From assembly GCA_002009975.1 (NCBI GenBank), contig MTLP01000028.1, positions 32,001 through 96,000 on the forward strand: DNA of 64,000 nucleotides. The letters are read 5' to 3'. Positions 10,277-21,379 of the stretch are shown one piece after another (positions within the stretch are counted from its first letter, which is position 1; the number at the start of each line of letters is the position of its first letter). This DNA comes from Thermococcus sp. JdFR-02 (lineage in GTDB: Archaea; Methanobacteriota_B; Thermococci; Thermococcales; Thermococcaceae). Made by a program: the position numbers and the translations under genes. Below the pieces are notes generated by a model that had not been told where the DNA came from, ran no database searches, and saw only the letters and a list, made by a program, of their open reading frames with translations.

Positions 10277-10924
10277 TTAAACTATTTTTGCAAAGCCCTT
10301 TTCTATAGTCTTAGCATTACACCACTCTTCTGCAAGCTTTAGGAACCTATCTATAACCTCAATGAGTAGACTTGAAGGGACATTAGGGACGCCACAGGCA
10401 ACAACTAAAAATCTCCCGTCTTTTTTAACCATGGTGTACTGTGAGTCTCTATATGGGTAAACATGGAGAACCTTTTCTTCATCTGCAATTATTAGAGTGC
10501 CTTCTTTCAAAATCTTGAGCTTTCCTCCTATTGGTAAAAACTCTTCTCCTCCCTTTGAAAGCCTTAATATTGGAATCCCTCTGACATTTTCCATTTGGTA
10601 TATTCCAATGGGTATGCAGTATTCAGCTGAAGCTAAGTTGCCAGCGTCAACAACGGTGTTTATTTTGGGAAAATTTCCTTTAAATGCTCTTCTTATCAGC
10701 GCTTCTGCGGAAGGTCTTTGTTTGGTTGGGTCTATTCCTATTCTCCAGTAAAAATCTCTATATGCTCTGACAATTTTGTTATCTTTTAGACTCTCTAAAC
10801 TGCCATACTTTTTGAGTATATGGGAGACATCGAACTTAATTGATGGCTTTACTTGAGCATCAACTAATGCATAATATAGCTTGATCCCATATTTGTGATA
10901 AACATCTTTTGAGATATGCAACAT
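10277..10924 (-). CDS. B3/4 domain protein (PheRS-beta editing-like)
   Basis: AYRDFYWRIGIDPTKQRPSAEALIRR and INTVVDAGN motifs. Confidence 0.85.
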   Translation of the reverse strand: MLHISKDVYHKYGIKLYYALVDAQVKPSIKFDVSHILKKYGSLESLKDNKIVRAYRDFYWRIGIDPTKQRPSAEALIRRAFKGNFPKINTVVDAGNLASAEYCIPIGIYQMENVRGIPILRLSKGGEEFLPIGGKLKILKEGTLIIADEEKVLHVYPYRDSQYTMVKKDGRFLVVACGVPNVPSSLLIEVIDRFLKLAEEWCNAKTIEKGFAKIV

Positions 10925-11020
10925 ACTTTAAAAATGAGCTTTAGGGTATAATGAGTTTTCTTTCAATGATTATCGAAAGGTTAATATTTATGTTTTATAA
11001 ATTTCCTTTTAGGTGATCCT

Positions 11021-12172
11021 ATGAACCCTCTTGAAGAAGCTTTAAAGATTAAAGACCAAATAATAGCTTGGAGAAGAGATTTCCACCAATATCCAGAGCT
11101 TAAGTATGAAGAAGAAAGAACATCAAAAATAGTTGAAGAGCACTTAAAAGAGTGGGGATATGAGGTAAGAAGAATTTCTACTGGAGTTATTGGAACCATT
11201 GGTGAAGGGGACAAGATGATTGCTTTAAGAGCAGATATGGATGCTTTGCCTGTTCAAGAGGAGAATGATGTTCCTTATAAGTCTAAGATTCCTGGAAAGA
11301 TGCATGCTTGTGGTCATGATGCTCACACTGCAATGCTACTAGGAGCAGCAAAAATAATAGCGGAACATAAGGAAGAGTTAAATGGAAAAGTTAGGGTGAT
11401 TTTTCAGCCAGCAGAAGAAGGAGGAAATGGAGCAAAGGTTATGATAAAAGGAGGAGCCTTAGAAGGAGTAAATGCGATTTTTGGAATTCATGTTTGGTCA
11501 GAATTACCAAGTGGGGTTATTGGCATTAGGGAAGGACCTTTCTTGGCTGGTGCCGGCGAGTTCCATGTAAAGATTAAGGGTAAGGGAGGACATGGAGCTT
11601 CACCGCACGAAACCGTTGATCCAATAGTAGTAGCATCTCAAGCAGTTTTAGCTTTTCAAACGATTGTAAGTAGAAATGTGGAGCCAATTAAGCCTGCTGT
11701 TGTCAGTGTAGGAGCAATTCACGCTGGAACGGCTTTTAACGTGATTCCAGAAGAAGCTGAAATGAAGGGGACTTACAGGTTCTTTGAGCCAGAAATTGGA
11801 AAGCTAATTGAAAAGAGAATAGACGAAATCTTAAGTGGAATAACAAAAGCTTACCACGCTGATTATAAGTTAAATATCGTTGAGTTAACTCCACCAACTA
11901 TAAATCATTCTAAGATGGCTCAATTTGTTAAAGATGTTGCTCAGAGATATAGTATAGGAACAGTAAGTGAAGTTTCTTTAACAATGGGTGCTGAAGATTT
12001 CTCATTCTATTTACAAAAAGTTCCAGGGGCATTTGTTGCACTGGGAATTAAAAACAAAGCTAAGGGAATAATTTATCCACATCATCATCCAAAATTCAAT
12101 GTTGACGAAGATATTTTGCATCTTGGGACAGCTTTAGAAGTTGCTCTGGCTTTTGAGTTTTTGAGATTATAA
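11021..12172 (+). CDS. cpsA: M20D family carboxypeptidase/amidohydrolase
   Basis: RADMDALP, MHACGHD, FQPAEE, GGHGASPH, AEDF and HHPKF motifs. Confidence 0.88.
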   Translation: MNPLEEALKIKDQIIAWRRDFHQYPELKYEEERTSKIVEEHLKEWGYEVRRISTGVIGTIGEGDKMIALRADMDALPVQEENDVPYKSKIPGKMHACGHDAHTAMLLGAAKIIAEHKEELNGKVRVIFQPAEEGGNGAKVMIKGGALEGVNAIFGIHVWSELPSGVIGIREGPFLAGAGEFHVKIKGKGGHGASPHETVDPIVVASQAVLAFQTIVSRNVEPIKPAVVSVGAIHAGTAFNVIPEEAEMKGTYRFFEPEIGKLIEKRIDEILSGITKAYHADYKLNIVELTPPTINHSKMAQFVKDVAQRYSIGTVSEVSLTMGAEDFSFYLQKVPGAFVALGIKNKAKGIIYPHHHPKFNVDEDILHLGTALEVALAFEFLRL

Positions 12173-12410
12173 CAATTTTTTAAAAATTTTCCAATCAATT
12201 ATTTATTCTTTTGCCTAATTTTTGTTCTCATTGTTGTCATATTTTAAGTTTTTATTTACGTAAATTGTATTACTATTCAACATTTTACTAAATATCAACA
12301 TTGAACTTTATATTTTTAAGAAAAATTACCAGAATACTTTACTCATAGAAAGTTTTATATCCTCGATGAGAGTAGTATAGAAATGAATACTTATATACGG
12401 AGGTGTACTG

Positions 12411-15400
12411 ATGAGTAGAAAAACTCTAAGCGTACTTATTATATCTTTAATGCTCTTTTCAGTAGTTCCAGTGGCTCTAGTAAGTGCGGGGGTTACTGAT
12501 TCCGAACCCCAAGTATCTCATAAGGTTACAAAATTAGCTATTATTTCAAAAGAGCCAGAAACAGCAAAAGATCCAATGGAAAAAATTGAACCTAAATTGC
12601 TTGACATACTAAAAGGCAAAGTAGAAGTTTATGTCCCAGAAGTGAATGGGAAAAAACTGCTACCTATACATATAGTTACAACTTCTGACATTTCTTCAAA
12701 GTTGAGAGGTGTGGAGGTAGTTGGCAAGAGTGAAATTGCGGGAATGACAGTATATTTAGCGTTGGTTCCAATTAAAGAGGAAAGTGAGAGGATAATATTA
12801 AAGATTGCGTCCATTCCTGAAGTTGAAGCAGTTACAAGAACGAATCCCTTTGAACCTATTGGAGACGTTAAGCCTATTGAAGAAAAAGAGAACCGAGAAT
12901 TTGTTAAGATTCCAAAATCAAAGTTTTCTAAGTTAATAGAATTAAAAGGAGAATGGTTCCCAGAAGAGGTTAATGGTTATAGAGTAGTTAAACTGACAGA
13001 TCTTCTTCCAGAGAAACTAAAAGAGCTACAGGATCAAAGTCTTGCAAGAAGAGGGGAGATAACTTTAGAAAAAAGAGAGGTTGAGGTTAAAAACCCAATT
13101 CAACCACAAGACTATTTTGCGATCTACCATCATGGAGCATTAAATACTTGGGTAGATTTGGGCATTACAGGAGCTGGGATCAATGTGGCAATAATTGATA
13201 GTGGCGTTGACTTTGGAAATCCAGATTTGCAAGATGCTTATGCTGTTGAAATGAATCCAGAAAGCCCGTATTATGGATGGCCAATAGCCTTTAGCGGACA
13301 CTCAATGATTTGGTATCTTTTGATGAACATGACATTCCCAGATTATATCTACTCCTGGTATGCTAACACTTCAAGATATGTCTTATCTCCAATAATAATG
13401 GAAGGAAACTTTAGCATAGGTTATAAAGGAAACTTCACCACAGTATTCACTTCTATGGACTTGGCAAACGTTATTGATGATTATGAGAGAGCAGACATAA
13501 TAAACGCAACACTTGACTGGATTGGAAATGTAAGCACTATTCTCTTGGTCGATGATGATGGAGAAGATCTTCTAGAAGAATTTTATGTAAATGCTTTAGA
13601 CATCCTTGGAGTGAACTATACATATTACGAAGTCCCATATGGCAAGATAGGTCCCAACTCTACCGTAATGAGCAATTACGACTTGGTTATGTGGTTTACT
13701 GGAGCAACTTATAAAGACACCTTAACGGTTGAAGACATTGGAAATCTAACAGAGTATTTAGATAATGGTGGAAAATTATGGTTCATTAGTCAGGACTACC
13801 TATATGACAAAGATGATGGTCCAATTTACACCAACAGGCATGTAATATACAAGCAGGAGAATGCTACTGCACCACCAGAAGGTAATAGTACAGAACACTA
13901 CTTCAATGTGACAGCTAGCGCTCCGATTCTTAGGGTTGTTACAACAAGCGATTATAGCAACTTAGATATTGATATTGAGCTCTATTACTATAATGAAACA
14001 AGTGGAGAATGGGAATTTATTGACGATTCAGATGGCTTAGATTCAATGGAAGAAATTATCATTGAAAATCCACTAATAGGTCAGTACATGGTTGATGTAT
14101 ATAGCTTTGAAAATCCAGAATATGACAATGCTACGTACACTATAAAAGTTGAAACTGCTAACATATCAGGATACTTTACTTATGAATATCTACATGTTGG
14201 GAATGTCTCCATAGAGGATATGCCAGTACCTACAGTGCTTGAAGACTTTAATGGAGCAAAATATCGCGCAGGTGAGGTGTATTATGGAATTTACGAGAGT
14301 CCTACGGACATATGGGCAGACTATATAGTTCCCGACGAAAATGCTACAGTCTTATTAAGAGGATACACTGCTTATGCAACTAATGGATCTACCATCTACC
14401 TTGTTAAATTGCCATTAAATAATAACTTAGAGGTTCCAACACAAAGCGAAGAAGTCCATTTAGGATTACATCCAGATTTAGCACTTTGGTTCTACTGGTA
14501 TGGAGGATGGGTATTGGTAACAGATCCAAATAATGCAACGGTTTATGACACAGTCTATGTGGACCTTACTCCAGTATGGGGAGTTCCAGATTTCAATGAG
14601 GATGTGGGACATACTAAAAATAATCCAGTGGTTCAATTAGACTTCTGGGATGCATTTAACGATGAATTTGGTCAAGATGGATACGCTGACCTTTCAGGTG
14701 GACTAATTTACTTCATAGCAGATGGACAAACACCAATACCCTATGCAGATATAGTTGCTTCTAGATGGGGACTTAACCTACCAATTCCAGAAAATGGTGA
14801 GTTAGTGGCGTTTATGATAGGTACGGACTGGATTGGAGGAGGAGATCACGGTACATTATGTGCAGCTGCAGTTGGAGCAAGAGGAAGAACGTTTATGGGG
14901 TTAACATTTGGTACAGCAATTGAGGCAAAAATAATAGCTGAAGGTTCTCTCTATTCAGGTGGAAGTTGGTTTGACTACGTTTACTTTGCTGTTCAAGGTT
15001 ACGATGGAGTCCCAGGCACAGGAGATGAAGCATTTGTTGTAAGCAATAGCTATGGAAACTCCTACGTAATTAACAAAGGCTACTACTATGCAGATAGATT
15101 TATTGATTTTGTAACAACTCTCTATACTCCATGGGTAACGTTCCTCTTTGCTGCAGGCAATGGCGGTCCAGGTTATGGAACAGTTACAAGTGAGGGAGCT
15201 TCTCCAGGAGTAATTACTGTAGGAGCTGCAGTTGAATATGGATATAGAAACTTATTTGGATACGATGGTGGTCCTTTAGGATACGAATTTGCAAATTATG
15301 GGGACGTTGTGGAGTTCTCTAACAAAGGTCCAAACGCATTGGGGCAAGTTGATCCTGACATTTTAGCAGTGGGTGCATTTGCACTGGGAAGTTTACCTGT

Positions 15401-18368
15401 TAACAGCATAGGAGATGGATTCTGGGCAAGCACTTTGTGGTCTGGAACAAGTCTAGCAACTCCAATGGCTGCTGGTATCACGGCTTTGGTTTACCAGGCA
15501 TACTATCTAGCACATGGAACTTACCCAACAAGCCAAGAAGTTAGGGAAATCTTAATGAGTACAGCAGATAATGTAAATCACGATGTCTTTAGCCAAGGTG
15601 CAGGATTCCTAAATGCTTATAGAGCCGTTATGGCGGCATTAAACCAAGAGGGAATAGTTGTATCTCCATCACTATGGCAAGCTGGAGACTATAACGGACA
15701 AGAGTATAGGGCATTTGCAAAGATCATGTATCCTGGAGAAAGTGACTCACAAGAGTTCGTAGTTAAAAACATGAATCAAGCTGCAGATAAAAATGTAAGC
15801 GTTTCAGCAGAGATTTTCGAAAAGATAGGAGAGACCACATTTGAGGTTTCTGTGGGAGGTTTGTATAGAATAGACCAATATATCCCAGATGATGCAGAAT
15901 TAATGAAAGTCACAATGTACATTCCATACGAGCAATTCGATGAGGATTGGGACTATTCATATGACACATACTTATATTTCGAGCTCTTTGCATGGACAGA
16001 TACAAATGGTAATGGCACAGTCGAGTTCTGGTATGAGACAAATAGGATACAACATGCAGCAAAAGCTGGAACTACAGCATCAACAATGCTTGGAAATCCA
16101 TGGGATAAATTCACAGATGGATTGCTCTTGAGAATTAGGGCTGGAGGCTATAACAATATAGTGAAGCTTGAGTTCTACAAGAGGGTTCCATGGGAGTGGG
16201 TTACAATTGATAATTCAAGCTTAATAGTTGCAGCTAATGGAAGTGCTACCTTCACAGCAACATTAACGGTTCCAGAAGATACACCATTTGGAGTATATGA
16301 AGGTGCTATTTACTTGAAATATGATGGAACCGAAACTACAATCCCAATAAGCGTTGTTGTTGCTTCACCAACGCCAGAATTTGAATTTGGTGGCGATATA
16401 AACGCAACAGGACTTTATGATAATTCAAATGTCTACGGCTATATGGACTGGTGGTGGAGATACGAAAGTGGAGACTGGAGATTGTTCTACTTTGACATAG
16501 GGGATGAGTACAGTATTGGTGACAACACTTACGTAGTAGCAGATGTCTCATGGGATGGATCCCTCCCAACTGATATTGACTTACATCTCCTAGGACCTGA
16601 AGAAGATGACTGGAGCTATTACTTCCCCGAGATTTATGGTCCATACGCACTTAATGTAATTGCATCAAGTAAGGACACCTACATGGGGTCTGGAATATTC
16701 CAATTTGCAACTTCAAGCGGTGGAACAAGAGAGATAATAGCAGGGAAGGCACAAAATGGTTTGCACGCTTTATGGCTACACAATGTCCTCTTTGATGGAA
16801 ATGCAAGCTTTAGAACATTCTATGGAAGAGTAGGTCTGCTTAATGTATATCCAAATGAGTGGAATGAATATATAACCCAAGAAAATGGAACAATGCAGTT
16901 CCTAGTTTCAAGAACAATAGACTTTGGAAATATCACAGCAAGTGCTAAGTCAGCAATTACTGAAGGATACAAGGATGTTTTGGCTCCTGATACGGGAGAT
17001 AGCCATTATTATGCATTTAATGTCACCACAGGATCTGTGAGATTGCATGTTAAACTAACCAGCATTTACGACGATTTAGCTGGAGTAGACTTAGATTTGT
17101 ATGTGTACTACAATGGACAATTGATTGGTTCTTCATTGTCTCCAACTTCAGACGAGGAAGTTGTTGTGGATGACCCAGAGCCAGGAGAGTACATTATTGA
17201 GGTTTATTCATGGAATAATCCAGTTCCAGGAGAAGCTACATATGACCTAGAAATATACGATTTTGGTGGAGAGAAGTTAGAAGTGTTGGACATTACGGAA
17301 ATTGGGACTGAAGAGTACCAAATTGACCTAGCGTATCATGATATACCTGTAAATGAGAGTACATTAGGAACTGAAGTGAAAGGCTTAGTATTCATAGGCT
17401 CAGACCTAGCGCCAAAGTTAGTTACGGTTCCAGTAACTCTTATTGTTGGCAACATCAGCTCAAGAGCAGATACGAGAATAGTTAATGTGATCTTAGAAAG
17501 TGAGGAAGATGTAATCAAAGTTGGAAGTACCGTTAGTATAAAAGCTACTATAGTCAATGAAGGTCCAGCAATTGCTTCAAATGCTGAAGTTGTGCTCTTT
17601 AAGGACAATGTTCCAATAGATAGGGTAGTGTTAGGAGACTTTAACATCAGTGAAGTTTATGAAGTGGTATTCAACGTTACTATAACGGACGACATAGCTC
17701 ATGAATACAAAGTAGTTGTTAGCTCTGACAATGACTACAATATGGGCAACAACTACAACATAATGAACATTAAGGGTATGGAAGTTGAAGAATTCTTGTT
17801 CTCTGAAACAGGAAATGTCACAATAAACGCAGTCTTTGATGGAATTGCGGAGGTTACTACGGTAGAGAAGAAGGAGAGAAAGATTGAGGTTACTGTGGAT
17901 GGAACTCACGGTGCTATAGTTACATTAATGTTTAACCTACCACGTGACTTACACTACTACGATGTCATAATCTATGATGCAGATTTGATAAGTAGTAGAA
18001 TAATAAGGGTAGCAACTTCGACAATTCTTGAAGTTAAAGTGCAACTACATTCACCAGCACAAATTACCGTTGAATACATGACAGCTTCAGAAGCATTATA
18101 CCAAATAGGAACCCTCTGGTATGTAGTCTACAACAAGAAACTTGATACGTTTGAAGAACTCTACAATAAAGCTGTTGAACTTGGAATTGATAATGAAACG
18201 ATTCAAGAGGCTCTACATCACAAAGAAATCGCTGAGCAATATTATGAAGAAGCGGGCAAATTCGGTCCTATAATAAGGAATCTAACAAATCCAAAAGTGC
18301 TTCCATATTTGAGAAAAGCGTATATTCACATGAAGAGAGCAGTAGAAATTTTGACAGAAGCTTTGTAA
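12411..18368 (+). CDS. Large secreted S8 subtilase (pyrolysin-like) with PPC and CARDB/Ig-like domains
   Basis: Signal peptide, IIDSG (D263), DHGT (H813), AAGNGG and SGTSLATP (S1014). C-terminal helical region resembles the pyrolysin C-terminus. Confidence 0.92.
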   Translation: MSRKTLSVLIISLMLFSVVPVALVSAGVTDSEPQVSHKVTKLAIISKEPETAKDPMEKIEPKLLDILKGKVEVYVPEVNGKKLLPIHIVTTSDISSKLRGVEVVGKSEIAGMTVYLALVPIKEESERIILKIASIPEVEAVTRTNPFEPIGDVKPIEEKENREFVKIPKSKFSKLIELKGEWFPEEVNGYRVVKLTDLLPEKLKELQDQSLARRGEITLEKREVEVKNPIQPQDYFAIYHHGALNTWVDLGITGAGINVAIIDSGVDFGNPDLQDAYAVEMNPESPYYGWPIAFSGHSMIWYLLMNMTFPDYIYSWYANTSRYVLSPIIMEGNFSIGYKGNFTTVFTSMDLANVIDDYERADIINATLDWIGNVSTILLVDDDGEDLLEEFYVNALDILGVNYTYYEVPYGKIGPNSTVMSNYDLVMWFTGATYKDTLTVEDIGNLTEYLDNGGKLWFISQDYLYDKDDGPIYTNRHVIYKQENATAPPEGNSTEHYFNVTASAPILRVVTTSDYSNLDIDIELYYYNETSGEWEFIDDSDGLDSMEEIIIENPLIGQYMVDVYSFENPEYDNATYTIKVETANISGYFTYEYLHVGNVSIEDMPVPTVLEDFNGAKYRAGEVYYGIYESPTDIWADYIVPDENATVLLRGYTAYATNGSTIYLVKLPLNNNLEVPTQSEEVHLGLHPDLALWFYWYGGWVLVTDPNNATVYDTVYVDLTPVWGVPDFNEDVGHTKNNPVVQLDFWDAFNDEFGQDGYADLSGGLIYFIADGQTPIPYADIVASRWGLNLPIPENGELVAFMIGTDWIGGGDHGTLCAAAVGARGRTFMGLTFGTAIEAKIIAEGSLYSGGSWFDYVYFAVQGYDGVPGTGDEAFVVSNSYGNSYVINKGYYYADRFIDFVTTLYTPWVTFLFAAGNGGPGYGTVTSEGASPGVITVGAAVEYGYRNLFGYDGGPLGYEFANYGDVVEFSNKGPNALGQVDPDILAVGAFALGSLPVNSIGDGFWASTLWSGTSLATPMAAGITALVYQAYYLAHGTYPTSQEVREILMSTADNVNHDVFSQGAGFLNAYRAVMAALNQEGIVVSPSLWQAGDYNGQEYRAFAKIMYPGESDSQEFVVKNMNQAADKNVSVSAEIFEKIGETTFEVSVGGLYRIDQYIPDDAELMKVTMYIPYEQFDEDWDYSYDTYLYFELFAWTDTNGNGTVEFWYETNRIQHAAKAGTTASTMLGNPWDKFTDGLLLRIRAGGYNNIVKLEFYKRVPWEWVTIDNSSLIVAANGSATFTATLTVPEDTPFGVYEGAIYLKYDGTETTIPISVVVASPTPEFEFGGDINATGLYDNSNVYGYMDWWWRYESGDWRLFYFDIGDEYSIGDNTYVVADVSWDGSLPTDIDLHLLGPEEDDWSYYFPEIYGPYALNVIASSKDTYMGSGIFQFATSSGGTREIIAGKAQNGLHALWLHNVLFDGNASFRTFYGRVGLLNVYPNEWNEYITQENGTMQFLVSRTIDFGNITASAKSAITEGYKDVLAPDTGDSHYYAFNVTTGSVRLHVKLTSIYDDLAGVDLDLYVYYNGQLIGSSLSPTSDEEVVVDDPEPGEYIIEVYSWNNPVPGEATYDLEIYDFGGEKLEVLDITEIGTEEYQIDLAYHDIPVNESTLGTEVKGLVFIGSDLAPKLVTVPVTLIVGNISSRADTRIVNVILESEEDVIKVGSTVSIKATIVNEGPAIASNAEVVLFKDNVPIDRVVLGDFNISEVYEVVFNVTITDDIAHEYKVVVSSDNDYNMGNNYNIMNIKGMEVEEFLFSETGNVTINAVFDGIAEVTTVEKKERKIEVTVDGTHGAIVTLMFNLPRDLHYYDVIIYDADLISSRIIRVATSTILEVKVQLHSPAQITVEYMTASEALYQIGTLWYVVYNKKLDTFEELYNKAVELGIDNETIQEALHHKEIAEQYYEEAGKFGPIIRNLTNPKVLPYLRKAYIHMKRAVEILTEAL

Positions 18369-18474
18369 TCTTGAATTTCTCTTTTCTTTTTTAGTTTTTT
18401 AATTTTTAATTCCGAAAGTTTTATAATGCTATTTTAATTAACTTAAGTTGGCAAAACTATTTGGGGGTATAGTA

Positions 18475-19374
18475 ATGCTAGGGACCCTTGCAATTGTGGT
18501 ACTTGGAGTGTTTTTGCTTTTGATGCTTGTTTTAAGCGTGAAAGTGATACGACCATACCAAAAGGGCTTAGTTGAAAGGCTTGGAAAATTCAACAGAATT
18601 TTAGATCCTGGAATACACTTTATTGTGCCTTTTATGGAAAGTGTGAAAGTAGTTGACATGAGGGAGCACGTGATAGATGTCCCACCTCAAGAGGTCATTT
18701 GTAAGGATAATGTGGTTGTTACAGTAGATGCGGTTGTTTATTACCAAGTGCTTGATCCAGTAAAAGCTACTTACAACGTGAGCAACTTCTTAATGGCAAT
18801 AATCAAACTTGCACAGACCAACTTGAGAGCAATAATTGGTGAAATGGAGCTTGATGAGACCTTAAGCGGTAGAGATGTAATTAACGCTCGCTTAAGAGAG
18901 GAACTTGACAAAATAACCGACAGATGGGGAGTAAAAATTACGAGGGTTGAAATCCAGAGGATTGACCCACCAAGGGATATTCAAGAGGCAATGGCAAAGC
19001 AAATGACAGCTGAGAGAGAAAAGAGAGCAATGATTCTCCTAGCAGAGGGTGAGAGGGAGAGTGCAATTAAGAAAGCTGAAGGTGAAAAGCAAGCAAGGAT
19101 TTTAAGGGCTGAAGGTATGAAACAAGAGCAAATTCTCGTTGCAGAGGGTCAAGCTGAAGCAATTAGAAAGGTTTTAGAAGCATTAAAGTTGGCGGATGAG
19201 AAGTATTTGGCTTTACAATACATAGAAAGACTACCAGAGCTAGCAAAATACGGAAACTTAATTGTGCCTTATGACACTGAGTCTTTAATTGGTCTCCTTA
19301 GAGTTCTTCAAAAAATTGGAAAAACAAAAATGCCTATAAGCACTGAAAACGTAGAAAAAACAGGTGAGCAGTGA
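18475..19374 (+). CDS. SPFH/band 7 (stomatin/QmcA-like) protein
   Basis: N-terminal TM segment, VERLGKF, QEVICKDNV and AEREKRA coiled coil. Confidence 0.93.
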   Translation: MLGTLAIVVLGVFLLLMLVLSVKVIRPYQKGLVERLGKFNRILDPGIHFIVPFMESVKVVDMREHVIDVPPQEVICKDNVVVTVDAVVYYQVLDPVKATYNVSNFLMAIIKLAQTNLRAIIGEMELDETLSGRDVINARLREELDKITDRWGVKITRVEIQRIDPPRDIQEAMAKQMTAEREKRAMILLAEGERESAIKKAEGEKQARILRAEGMKQEQILVAEGQAEAIRKVLEALKLADEKYLALQYIERLPELAKYGNLIVPYDTESLIGLLRVLQKIGKTKMPISTENVEKTGEQ

Positions 19375-19787
19375 TGGAATATCTTCCTCTTTTACTTTTA
19401 ATTTTGGGCTTGCTTATAGTAGTGCTTGATATGATGATTACAGCATTTATAACGCCAATTGGAATTGCATTTGCAACCTTAGGGCTTTTGTTAATGTTTA
19501 ACGTTAATTTTAACGTTGCTTTTGTGATATCATTAATAGCCGCAGTTGTGAGCTATCACCTCTTTGCAAAGTTTATAAAAAAGGGCACTGAGGATATTGG
19601 AAAACCAAGATACACTTTTGAGCTGAAGGGCAAGAAAGGAAAAGTGAGTCATGTTAAAGGAGATGAAGTATGGGTAGAGCTTGAAGGAGAAGAATGGCTA
19701 GCTAAACCTCTTGAGGATGTGAATGAAGGGGATGAAGTAGTGGTTGTTGATGTTGATGGAATAAAATTAATTGTTCGTAAAGCTTGA
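19374..19787 (+). CDS. Short NfeD-family membrane protein (C-terminal OB fold)
   Basis: TM segments followed by GEEWLA...GDEVVVVDVDGIKLIV. Coupled to the SPFH gene. Confidence 0.88.
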   Translation: MEYLPLLLLILGLLIVVLDMMITAFITPIGIAFATLGLLLMFNVNFNVAFVISLIAAVVSYHLFAKFIKKGTEDIGKPRYTFELKGKKGKVSHVKGDEVWVELEGEEWLAKPLEDVNEGDEVVVVDVDGIKLIVRKA

Positions 19788-19834
19788 ATAAGTTTTTAAA
19801 TCTCCATCCTCTTTTCTCTATTAAGGTGGATTAA

Positions 19835-20137
19835 ATGAAGATTTATGTGAAAGTTTATCGCGTTCAGGGAGAGGTACTGTTAGCTGCTTGTGATGAGGAG
19901 TTAATTGGAAAAACCCTTAGAGAGGGGGAGCTTAAGTTAGAGGTCAAAGAACGCTTTTATAAAGGAAAATTGGTTGAAGTTAATGCCTTGGAGGAGCTTT
20001 TAGACGAAGCTACTATAGCAAACTTAGTTGGAGAGAGATGCGTGGGCAAAGCTATTGAGCTCGGTTATGTTGATAAAGATAGGGTACTTTACATCCAAGG
20101 AATTCCTCATGCACAGATGGCTAAACTTTTATGGTAA
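19835..20137 (+). CDS. DUF424 family protein
   Basis: LLAACDEELIG, FYKG and IANLVGERCV motifs. Confidence 0.88.
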   Translation: MKIYVKVYRVQGEVLLAACDEELIGKTLREGELKLEVKERFYKGKLVEVNALEELLDEATIANLVGERCVGKAIELGYVDKDRVLYIQGIPHAQMAKLLW

Positions 20138-20154
20138 ACTGAGAGGTGATATCG

Positions 20155-21312
20155 GTGAGATTCTGTTATAGGTGTGGAATTAGTGAGAGTGAGGGAGGTC
20201 CTTTAATTGATGGATTATGCCAAGTTTGCTTTAGAAAGGAAAACCCAGTCCTTTTAATGGAAAGTGAGATAAATACAGAGCTTTGTCAAAACTGTGGAAG
20301 TTATAAGAAGAGAGGAGTTTGGGTTGACCCAAAAACTTATGAGCTCGACGAATTAATATTTGAAGTTGCTGATAATGCTTTAATTGAGAGCTTAACTTTC
20401 GATGAGAGGATCAGAGAGTTCCACATTGTTTCAAAAGAAGAGCTTGAAGAAATTGGTGATTTACCTATTGGAATTGCATATGTTAGCTATGAGCCAATTA
20501 ACTGGCATATTGAGTATTTCCCAGCAATTGTAACTTATAACGTGGAAGTCAAAGCCAGAATTCATGAGCTACAGAGAGAGCTTCACCATGAAAAGAAAGA
20601 GATTATTGTCTATGTAAGGCAAACCGTTTGTCCAAGATGTCAAAAGTTCCTTGGTGGTTACTTTGAGGCTATTTTACAAGTTAGAGCTCAAGAAAGGGAA
20701 CTGACGAAGGAAGAGAGGGAGGAGATTGCAAAGCTTGTTCAAGAAAAAGTCGATGAGATAATGAGAAAGGATAGAATGGGTTTTATTCAAGAAACAGTTG
20801 AACTTGAAGAAGGGATTGACTTTTACATGGGTTCGAAAGGCTCTGCAAGGAAATTAGCTCAAGCTATTAGAGATAAGTACGGTGGAGAAATAAGCGAAGC
20901 CTATGAGCTGGTTGGCGTGGATAGACAGACGAGTAAAGAGGTTTATAGAACAAGTGTAAGTGTTAGACTTCCAAAGTTCAGAAAAGGTGATATTGTGGGG
21001 GATAAAAGGGGTAATGTTTACAGGGTTGAGGAAGTAAACGGAAAGGGGATGGGCTTAAGGAACCTCTCTACTCATAAGAGCGAGCATAAAGATTGGAAAG
21101 CGATAAAGAGGGAAGAGGTTGATCTAGTAGAACATGAGAAAAAAGAAGCCATGCTCACGAGTTTAACACCTAAAGAGGCTCAGTTTATGGACATGGAAAG
21201 TTATGAAACTTTTGAGATTGAGAAGCCGAGTATAGAACTTAAAGAGGGCGAAGTTTACAAGCTCGTGAAAATCAGAGGAAGATACTATATCGAAGGCAAA
21301 AAGAAAAACTGA
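20155..21312 (+). CDS. nmd3: NMD3 family ribosome biogenesis protein
   Basis: Four CxxC pairs, [10 protein letters not shown] motif and a C-terminal eIF5A-like region. Confidence 0.92.
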   Translation: MRFCYRCGISESEGGPLIDGLCQVCFRKENPVLLMESEINTELCQNCGSYKKRGVWVDPKTYELDELIFEVADNALIESLTFDERIREFHIVSKEELEEIGDLPIGIAYVSYEPINWHIEYFPAIVTYNVEVKARIHELQRELHHEKKEIIVYVRQTVCPRCQKFLGGYFEAILQVRAQERELTKEEREEIAKLVQEKVDEIMRKDRMGFIQETVELEEGIDFYMGSKGSARKLAQAIRDKYGGEISEAYELVGVDRQTSKEVYRTSVSVRLPKFRKGDIVGDKRGNVYRVEEVNGKGMGLRNLSTHKSEHKDWKAIKREEVDLVEHEKKEAMLTSLTPKEAQFMDMESYETFEIEKPSIELKEGEVYKLVKIRGRYYIEGKKKN

Positions 21313-21379
21313 TTTTTCCACACTTTTGACCCATAATGTTTTTAAATGTCTTTTCTTTTTGAATTTTAGGTGGACCAAA

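Noticed and set aside
12173-12410. AT-rich gap as an ncRNA or origin
   Set aside because: Explained by a T-rich terminator plus the protease promoter. No C/D boxes or ORB repeats were recognised, and the CTCAT/ATGAG dyad around the TATA is too weak to call.
13197-14849. Intein within the subtilase insert
   Set aside because: No Cys/Ser...His-Asn splice junctions or LAGLIDADG motifs. The insert looks like extracellular domains.
21338-21346. SurR site upstream of cdr
   Set aside because: GTTTTTAAA mismatches GTT-N3-AAC and coincides with the TATA box, so the support is insufficient.
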